Virus record (IMG/VR): IMGVR_UViG_3300034375_002741
Coordinates: 1 to 32,354 of that record
Strand: one strand, 5' to 3'
DNA from: a virus
Lineage: Duplodnaviria > Caudoviricetes
Length of the DNA stretch: 32,354 nt
In this document: positions 25,422 through 32,354 of the stretch, piece by piece
How the letters are laid out: each line of letters opens with the position of its first letter
Position numbering within the stretch: the first letter of the stretch is position 1
Made by a program: the position numbers and the translations under genes
Notes under the pieces: generated by a model
Databases searched by the model: none
Told to the model about the DNA's origin: nothing
The model's input: only the letters and a program-made list of their open reading frames with translations

Positions 25422-25738
25422 TGGCACATACTTATAAAAATGAATTCTTTGCTTTAGATAGCACTAGTATTACTACAATTTATACAGCACCAAGCGATAC
25501 TGCTATTATTGTTAAATCAGTCCAGATTGCTAGTACCCACAACTCAAATGTTTTAGTATCTTTATCAGTAACTAGTGGTGGTACTACCTATACTGTGTAT
25601 AATCATACCGTATCAACAGGTACAACTGTTAATGGTGTAGAAGGATCTATGATATTAGAAGCAGGAGATGTGTTAAAAATTACCGCAGCAAATGCTGATG
25701 TTATATCTGGAATTGTATCTTATTTAGAAATTACATGA
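25421..25738 (+). CDS. Small beta-rich virion protein
   Basis: 105 aa; TTIYTAP...ILEAGDVLKITA...SYLEIT. Confidence 0.7.
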   Translation: MAHTYKNEFFALDSTSITTIYTAPSDTAIIVKSVQIASTHNSNVLVSLSVTSGGTTYTVYNHTVSTGTTVNGVEGSMILEAGDVLKITAANADVISGIVSYLEIT

Positions 25739-26154
25739 TCAAAGCAATATTAATACCTACAGATAATGTAGAAGAAGCATGGGGTTTAGTAGATAAACAC
25801 ATTCATTTAGCATTAGAAAGATCTGGAGAACATTATAATAGTTCAGATATTAAATCTAATTGTTTAGATGAAACAATGCAGCTGTGGTTAGGTTGGGATA
25901 AAGATGCTGAAGAATCACATTATTGTACAGCTATTACACAAATATTAAAAAGACCAAATTCAAAAGTATGTAATGTATTTATTGCTACTGGTCGTGAAAT
26001 GAAAAAATGGGTACACGTAATGGATGAAATAGCTAATTGGGCTAAATCAGAAGAATGTACACACGTAGAATCATGGGCTAGACCTGGATGGGAAAGAGTC
26101 CTAAAACAATATCAATTTAAGAAAACACACGTTTTACTCGAAAGGAAACTATAA
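25735..26154 (+). CDS. GNAT-fold acetyltransferase-like protein
   Basis: MQLW..TAITQI..CNVFIATG..WAKSEECTHVESWARPGWERVL; typical position before podovirus ejection genes. Confidence 0.65.
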   Translation: MIKAILIPTDNVEEAWGLVDKHIHLALERSGEHYNSSDIKSNCLDETMQLWLGWDKDAEESHYCTAITQILKRPNSKVCNVFIATGREMKKWVHVMDEIANWAKSEECTHVESWARPGWERVLKQYQFKKTHVLLERKL

Positions 26155-26155
26155 T

Positions 26156-27244
26156 ATGTCAGGCGGAGGCGGAGACACAATTACACAAGAGAATCAGGTA
26201 TCACCTTATGCACCATCAGAACCATATTTAAATAATATACTAACTGAAGCTTCAAACTTATATCAATCTGGAACTGGTTCACAATATTATCCTGGATCTA
26301 CAGTAGTACCTTTTGCACAACAAACACAACAAGGTTTACAAGGATTACAGAATTTATCTACTAATCAATTATCTGGATCACCAATGATGCAACAAGCTGG
26401 AAATGTATTTTCTGGTTATGCTGCAGGACAAGCTCCAAGTATATTTGGAGGTAATGTAGGTGCAGGCGGTCAGTATTCTGGTATACCTACACAAACTTAT
26501 AGTGGTATGGCACAGCTATCTCCACAACAAGATTATTTAAGTGGCTTACAATCTAGTATTGCTAACCAATCTCTAAACGCTGTACAAGATCAGTTTGGTG
26601 GTATGGGTAGAACTGGAACTAGTCCAGGCGCACAAGCTGCAGCCCAAACCGCATTTACACAAGCATATGCACCTATAGCTTCACAATTAAGTGAATCTGA
26701 AAGAAATAGACAGCTAGGCATACAACAAGATGCATTAGCTAGAGCGCAAGGCGCTAACCAGTTTCAAACTCAATCTATGATGGGTATGCAAGGCGATCAG
26801 TTTAGACGACAACAAGCTGCCGATATGATGAATGCACAGGCTATGCAAGCTGCTAATCAATTTGGTCAGCAACAACAACTACAAGCTGCAGGACAATTAC
26901 CTGCAATGCAAGGAGCAGCAGATGCTAGAGCAATGCAAGGCGCTCAAGGATTAGCTGGTGTTGGTGGTGCTTATGAAGATTTACAAGGTAGAATGTTACA
27001 AGAAGATTTACAACGATATCAATATGAACAAATGTCTCCATATAATAGGTTAGCTCAATACGCAGGTATTGTATCACCTATAGCATCTGGATTCCCAATT
27101 ACACAACAAGCTGCAGAACAGCCACGTTATAATGCTCTTACAGGAGCTTTAGGTGGTGGATTATCTGCTGCATCAGTGTTTAGTGGTAATCCATACGCAG
27201 CAGCTGGTGGAGCAATATTAGGTGGTCTAGGAGGATTATTTTAA
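26156..27244 (+). CDS. DNA ejection/pilot protein
   Basis: MSGGGG start, Gln/Ala/Gly-rich, C-terminal Gly-rich hydrophobic segment. Confidence 0.7.
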   Translation: MSGGGGDTITQENQVSPYAPSEPYLNNILTEASNLYQSGTGSQYYPGSTVVPFAQQTQQGLQGLQNLSTNQLSGSPMMQQAGNVFSGYAAGQAPSIFGGNVGAGGQYSGIPTQTYSGMAQLSPQQDYLSGLQSSIANQSLNAVQDQFGGMGRTGTSPGAQAAAQTAFTQAYAPIASQLSESERNRQLGIQQDALARAQGANQFQTQSMMGMQGDQFRRQQAADMMNAQAMQAANQFGQQQQLQAAGQLPAMQGAADARAMQGAQGLAGVGGAYEDLQGRMLQEDLQRYQYEQMSPYNRLAQYAGIVSPIASGFPITQQAAEQPRYNALTGALGGGLSAASVFSGNPYAAAGGAILGGLGGLF

Positions 27245-28716
27245 TGGTTGATTTTTTTAAAGGGTTTAATCCCAGTGGACAAGGAACTATGTTTGGTGGT
27301 AATCAAAGTAATTCTTCAACAGATTTTTATGATTTTCTTGCTAATAAAAAAGGTCTTACTGAAGAAGGTATGTTTGATTTAACAGGTGATCTAGGTAATA
27401 AAGAAAAAGCACCTGAATTTATTAAAGCATTTTTAGAATATCAAGGACAAAAACCTGAAGAAAATAAAATAGATCAAATGATGGGTAACTCAGGATTTAT
27501 TATGGGGTTATCTTTAATGCAACAGGCTGCTGGGGGTAAAAATCTTGGAGCAGCTCTATTACCTGCTGCAGAAACAACTCAAGGATTTATAACAAATCAA
27601 GAGTTGCGAGATCAAAATAAAAAATTAATGAGAGTTAAAGAAACTGGTCAAATAGTAGAATTGTTAAAAACATCACAAGATTTACAAAAAGGTGATGTTG
27701 ATATTGAATCAAGTAAAATTGGTATAGATTTATTAAAAGAAGATTTACAATCTAAAAAATATGGTAATGTTATGCTTGGTATTGATGCTAGTAGTTATTT
27801 CGATAAAAATAATTTAAATATGTCTAACTTAGAAACAGATGTAGCAAAAAATAAAGTAAGCTTAGAACAAGCTGAAATTATTCTTAAATATGCTGATAAA
27901 AATGAAAAGATTGATTATGCATTTAAAGAAAAGAATCTTAAAGGTTTAGATATAGATCAACAACAAGCTTTAGAAAATTTAGATGCATCTATTATTTCTA
28001 ATGACTTTAAACAACATCAATTTAATAAATCTATGGATAAAGATAAAGCATTTGAAGAATATGTAGATTCAATGAATTTAACGACAACACAAAAAGCTAA
28101 ATATAAAGCCATTGGAATTGAGGGTATTGGAGATATAACAGATGCAGGTAGTCATTCTGCTGAAACTTATGATTTATATAATAAAGTTGTAAGCAGTAAA
28201 TCTTTAGGTTGGATAGACAGTTTGGGTGTATCAGATCAAGATGAAATTGATATTAAAAATGCAATTCAAGAACAAATATTATTTGTAGCACAAGATTTAG
28301 CAGGTGATGGAACACCATCAGCTACCGATATTAAAAAAGCAGAACAAATGGTAATTAAAGGTAAAGGGTTTACTAAAAATGGTATTATCAGACAATTCTT
28401 TGGTGGCAGTCAATATGATATTGATGTAGATCAAATATGGGATTCTATTTTTAGTCAATCAGGAACATTACAAGAAAAAGCTAAAGGAGGAACAGTAATA
28501 GCTGGAGAACCTTATTTAGTAGGTGAACATGGTCCAGAAGTAATTGTACCACATCAAACAGCTAGTGTTGTATCTAATCAAAGAACACCAGGTGGTTATA
28601 CTTGGGAAGAAGCTATTATTGATAGTAGTGAAATGTTAATGAAAATTAAACAATCAAGTGGATTAGAAGAAGCTAAGAAAGCGTTAAAGAAATTTAGACC
28701 TGATTTATACGTATAA
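27244..28716 (+). CDS. Internal virion/ejection protein
   Basis: 490 aa helical protein between the pilot and the large ejection gene. Confidence 0.65.
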   Translation: MVDFFKGFNPSGQGTMFGGNQSNSSTDFYDFLANKKGLTEEGMFDLTGDLGNKEKAPEFIKAFLEYQGQKPEENKIDQMMGNSGFIMGLSLMQQAAGGKNLGAALLPAAETTQGFITNQELRDQNKKLMRVKETGQIVELLKTSQDLQKGDVDIESSKIGIDLLKEDLQSKKYGNVMLGIDASSYFDKNNLNMSNLETDVAKNKVSLEQAEIILKYADKNEKIDYAFKEKNLKGLDIDQQQALENLDASIISNDFKQHQFNKSMDKDKAFEEYVDSMNLTTTQKAKYKAIGIEGIGDITDAGSHSAETYDLYNKVVSSKSLGWIDSLGVSDQDEIDIKNAIQEQILFVAQDLAGDGTPSATDIKKAEQMVIKGKGFTKNGIIRQFFGGSQYDIDVDQIWDSIFSQSGTLQEKAKGGTVIAGEPYLVGEHGPEVIVPHQTASVVSNQRTPGGYTWEEAIIDSSEMLMKIKQSSGLEEAKKALKKFRPDLYV

Positions 28717-31700
28717 TGGTTGAAAGAAATCCTAATGTGGATATGCCTAATATTGAAATGCCAGAAGTTGGCTTTAATATTAGACCATTAAAAGAGCTGT
28801 GGTTTGAAGAATCTTTACCTGCATCGTTATATCAATACTTTACTGGTAACACTAAGAAGAAACAAGCTGCTGATGCTAAAGAAATATTAAAAGTAGCTAC
28901 TCCTGGTAGTAAAGAGTTTGAAGAAGCTACTCGTATATATAACAAGTTTAGTTATTTATTAGAAGAAGGCGGTACATTTGATGCAAGTGAAGTAGCCAAA
29001 TTTTTAATATCACATCCATCAATGTTAGCAAGTGAGTTAATTAATGCAACCCTTGCTGATCCGTACTTATTAGCCATACCTATTGTAGGATGGGGAAGAT
29101 TAGGAAACGCAGCTGTCAAAGCTGTGGGAGCTACAACAGTAAAAGCAGAGCGTTTAGCTCGTGCTGGCGCAGCTGTAGTGGGTGGGGCTGCTTTTGGTAC
29201 TGCATATAGTATACCCCTTCAGTTAGGGGAAGATGCAGATATCTCAGCAGGTAGAACCATAGCCGAAGCTAGTATAGCAGGAACTGCTAACCTTGCCTTT
29301 GGAGCTATGATGGGGGGATTAAGTTCAAAACTGTCTGCAGAAAGCGGAGTAACAGTAGAAAAGACTGCTGTAGTTATAGCACAAAAAATGGATAAATATC
29401 CAAAAGATTTAGATAAAGCATTAAAAGAAGCTACTTATGAAATTCTAGGTGCATCTAAAGGCGGACCAGTAATAACTAAAGAAATTCGTAAAGTAATTGA
29501 TGATCAAGTAGCAGCAGACACACACAAAATTAAAAATGCTACAATTATGAATGAGTTTAATTGGAAATCTACTGGTTCATTAGCAGGCGTAGGTGGTCTT
29601 GCTGGATTTCTTACAGCAGAAGAAGATAAATTAGCTACCGCTGCTACATTAGGTGTAACCTTTGCAAGTATACCATTCGTAGTAAAAGGTATAAGAAAAG
29701 CTTTTGATACAAGTACTGTAGATGACAAAATTGCTAAAGCAAAAAATCAAATAGAAATTAAAGAAATAGCATTATCTATGCAAAGCAATGTTATAAAGGT
29801 TGAACAAAAAGTTAGGCAATTTAATGCTTTAAAAACTATGGTTGATCCCGTTAAAGCAGAAGCTATGGTATTTGCTATGCAAGCACCTAAAGAAATTGCA
29901 AAAGATGGTACATTTACATTCCAAAAATTTAATAAAGCTGTTTTACTAGAAGCTAATAATAGATACATTAAAAGATTACCAGAAGTAGGTCAAGAAAAAG
30001 CTGCTTTAGAACTATCAAAGTATATTGATGATAACCTAGAAAAAATTACTGTTAAGTTTACACAACAAGAATTGAACTTAGTAAAACCAGGCGGTGTTTT
30101 TGCACAGTTTCATGATGGTATGGCTAAAGTAATGCGTAAGAAAAAAAGTAAAGTAGGTTATTTACGTAATTATATAAGTCAAGAATGGGAAGCTACACCA
30201 GGTGGTAAAGCTTTTAATAACGCAGATAAAATAGATAATCAAAATATTAAGTTATTAGATGGAACTGTAGTACCTGCTAAACAATTATTTGGTGGTACTG
30301 GTGGTTTAGGTAAGTCAGCTAAAAAAAGAATTATACCTACATATGAACAAGGTATCAGAATGGGTTATATGCCAAAAACAACTGATAATGGCGACTTAAA
30401 TGTATTTGATATTATGTCTAGATATGCAACTGCTATTGGTAAAGCTACTAATGAAAGTAATGTTATAAAACATCTTAAAGAAAATAATTTTCCTGGTATG
30501 ACTACACCTATTATTCATACACAGTTAAATATGATACCAAAAGATATTAAGTATAAATATAAAGAGTTTGACCATCCTATATTAAATAAAAGAAATTATA
30601 TAAGTAAAATAAATCATGAGACAAAGAGGTATGAATTAACTGATGAAATATATAGTATAGAAAAAGCTTTTGTGCATGAAGATGCTATTCCATATTTAAG
30701 AATGGTTATGGATGCACAAGATCCTAATGCTCTTATTAGACATTCACAAAATCTTAATTTTTTTATGAAACGATTTGCAGTAGGTGCTTCATTCTTTCAT
30801 GCAGCTTCCTTAATAGAAAGTGTATTTCTTACTTTTGGACCACTAAAAGGATTAAAACCTGCAGGCAGATTGACTAAAGAAGCTTTTAGTAATCAAAAGA
30901 ATTTAATGTTAAAAGCAGCTGATGATCCAAATCATCCAGAATTTTTAAAGTTTTTAGAAACAGAGTACAAACCTACTTTAGATAGAGTATTAGAATCTGA
31001 CTATGGAGATGTAGTAGAATTATTAGTAAGAAATGGTTTAACTATTAACAAACCTACTGATATAGGCGCTGATTCATTCTATAAATCATTTAACAATATA
31101 GAAGATGCAGTATCTAAATTACCTGCTATGGGCAAAGTACTTAATGATTTAGGTGTAAAACCTACTAGAAAAGTATTTCGCTGGTTTGATAAAATTACTT
31201 GGGAACGCAGCTTTACAAACATGAAGCTGTATACTGGGTTAGCGAAACTTAATCAGTTAGTTATGGAAAATCCTAAAACACCATTAACTATACTAGCTAG
31301 AGATGCTGGTGAGTTTGCTAATGATGCATTTGGTGGACAAGACTTTACTAGATTAGCTATGGAAGTTACTGATCCAATGTTAAGAGATATGGCAATGGCA
31401 GCATTTAAACCTAGTGCAAGACCATACTTACAGTTAGCTTTATTTGCTCCAGATTGGACTATATCTAACTTAAGAGTGGCAGGTAGAGCAATACCAGCAT
31501 TTAATGCTAATGAAAGAAACCGTAATCTTTATATGACATATTTGATTAATGGTGCTATATTGTATGGAACATTGGCTAATGCTATGAACTATGCATTTAC
31601 AGGGCATTCTATATTAGAAAATAAAGACCCTACAAGAATAGATTTAGGAAACGGAGAAGTACTGACGTTTAGTAAACAGTACATGGAACCGTTTCATTGG

Positions 31701-32051
31701 TTGACAGATCCGCAAAAAACTGGCGTAAAAAAATTAGGCTCCTTAACCAAAACATTTGGTGAGATTATGACAAACAGAGAATACCTCACTACTGGTTGGA
31801 GTCCTTCAATAACTAAGAAAGATGATAATGCTTTAGATAAAGCGTTAGCAATTGGTGGTCAAGTAGGACAGAAATTCTTACCTATTTGGTTAAGCCAAGC
31901 AGTAGACGAATATATGGAAGATGGATTATCTTATGATGATGCATTAAACGTAATACTAGGACAAATAGGGCATCCTAAATACAATGCTCCTAGATCATCA
32001 GCCTTTAAAACAAGAGAGCTGATACAAAACCCAACAAAAGCACTATTTTAA
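28716..32051 (+). CDS. Large internal virion/ejection protein
   Basis: 1111 aa; Gly/Ala-rich hydrophobic segments in the N-terminal third; FANDAFGG, LALFAPDWT; podovirus synteny. Confidence 0.7.
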   Translation: MVERNPNVDMPNIEMPEVGFNIRPLKELWFEESLPASLYQYFTGNTKKKQAADAKEILKVATPGSKEFEEATRIYNKFSYLLEEGGTFDASEVAKFLISHPSMLASELINATLADPYLLAIPIVGWGRLGNAAVKAVGATTVKAERLARAGAAVVGGAAFGTAYSIPLQLGEDADISAGRTIAEASIAGTANLAFGAMMGGLSSKLSAESGVTVEKTAVVIAQKMDKYPKDLDKALKEATYEILGASKGGPVITKEIRKVIDDQVAADTHKIKNATIMNEFNWKSTGSLAGVGGLAGFLTAEEDKLATAATLGVTFASIPFVVKGIRKAFDTSTVDDKIAKAKNQIEIKEIALSMQSNVIKVEQKVRQFNALKTMVDPVKAEAMVFAMQAPKEIAKDGTFTFQKFNKAVLLEANNRYIKRLPEVGQEKAALELSKYIDDNLEKITVKFTQQELNLVKPGGVFAQFHDGMAKVMRKKKSKVGYLRNYISQEWEATPGGKAFNNADKIDNQNIKLLDGTVVPAKQLFGGTGGLGKSAKKRIIPTYEQGIRMGYMPKTTDNGDLNVFDIMSRYATAIGKATNESNVIKHLKENNFPGMTTPIIHTQLNMIPKDIKYKYKEFDHPILNKRNYISKINHETKRYELTDEIYSIEKAFVHEDAIPYLRMVMDAQDPNALIRHSQNLNFFMKRFAVGASFFHAASLIESVFLTFGPLKGLKPAGRLTKEAFSNQKNLMLKAADDPNHPEFLKFLETEYKPTLDRVLESDYGDVVELLVRNGLTINKPTDIGADSFYKSFNNIEDAVSKLPAMGKVLNDLGVKPTRKVFRWFDKITWERSFTNMKLYTGLAKLNQLVMENPKTPLTILARDAGEFANDAFGGQDFTRLAMEVTDPMLRDMAMAAFKPSARPYLQLALFAPDWTISNLRVAGRAIPAFNANERNRNLYMTYLINGAILYGTLANAMNYAFTGHSILENKDPTRIDLGNGEVLTFSKQYMEPFHWLTDPQKTGVKKLGSLTKTFGEIMTNREYLTTGWSPSITKKDDNALDKALAIGGQVGQKFLPIWLSQAVDEYMEDGLSYDDALNVILGQIGHPKYNAPRSSAFKTRELIQNPTKALF

Positions 32052-32063
32052 GGAGAAAACAAA

Positions 32064-32354
32064 ATGGCTGGAACAGGCGTAGGTAAATTTAGTTCAACAG
32101 CAAGTAGCAATACTGCTAACATGACTGTGAACTTTGCAGAAAACATGGCACCAAGTAATGTCAATAATGCTGCTAGAGAACTCATGGGTCACATGCGAGA
32201 TATGTATGAACAACTTGGAGACGGATATTTTGAGTTTGGTGACGGTGATGGTACTTATACAGTAGCACGTGGTGATGCTGATACTATTACTATAACTTCT
32301 GCATCAGACATCTCAAGCGTATACTTTCCTGGTAGAAAGATTAGAATCACTGAT
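32064..32354 (+). CDS. Tail fibre/spike N-terminus (truncated by window edge)
   Basis: TAAGGAG RBS; MAGTGVGKFSSTASSNTAN..NFAENMAPSNVNNAARELMGHMRD; open to the end of the window. Confidence 0.7.
   Translation, partial: MAGTGVGKFSSTASSNTANMTVNFAENMAPSNVNNAARELMGHMRDMYEQLGDGYFEFGDGDGTYTVARGDADTITITSASDISSVYFPGRKIRITD

Noticed and set aside
1-32354. Alternative genetic code, introns or inteins
   Set aside because: Core genes (TerL, portal, capsid) are intact and of ordinary length under the standard code.

Overview
Most of the genome of an AT-rich, short-tailed (podovirus-type) dsDNA phage. The layout and gene content resemble marine alphaproteobacterial phages of the HTVC010P type; this is an inference from synteny and recalled motifs, not a database result. 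Bases 1-1934 are the end of the rightward late operon, including a signal-peptide-bearing acidic protein and a small membrane protein. Bases 1931-10943 are a mostly leftward early region (SSB-like, PD-(D/E)xK nuclease, ParB-like, many small ORFs). It is interrupted by a rightward three-gene cassette (DUF6456-like, DUF968-like HNH nuclease, HExxH protein). Bases ~10950-11480 are a non-coding divergence region. Bases 11483-32354 are the rightward late operon: small ORFs, TerS/TerL, P22-like portal, scaffold, major capsid, adaptor, tail nozzle, GNAT-like protein, three ejection-type proteins and the start of a tail fibre. I recognised no DNA polymerase, helicase, integrase, tRNA or CRISPR array. 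Two signals stand out. (1) About eleven tiny, very Lys/Arg-rich genes flank both sides of the terminase, four sharing an N-terminal M-I-[STG]-K-[AV] tag, a candidate co-packaged basic-protein system. (2) A series of hairpins lies in the early-region spacers whose mismatches are nearly all G-U pairs on the minus strand, including a ~260-nt multi-stem RNA at 6807-7066.
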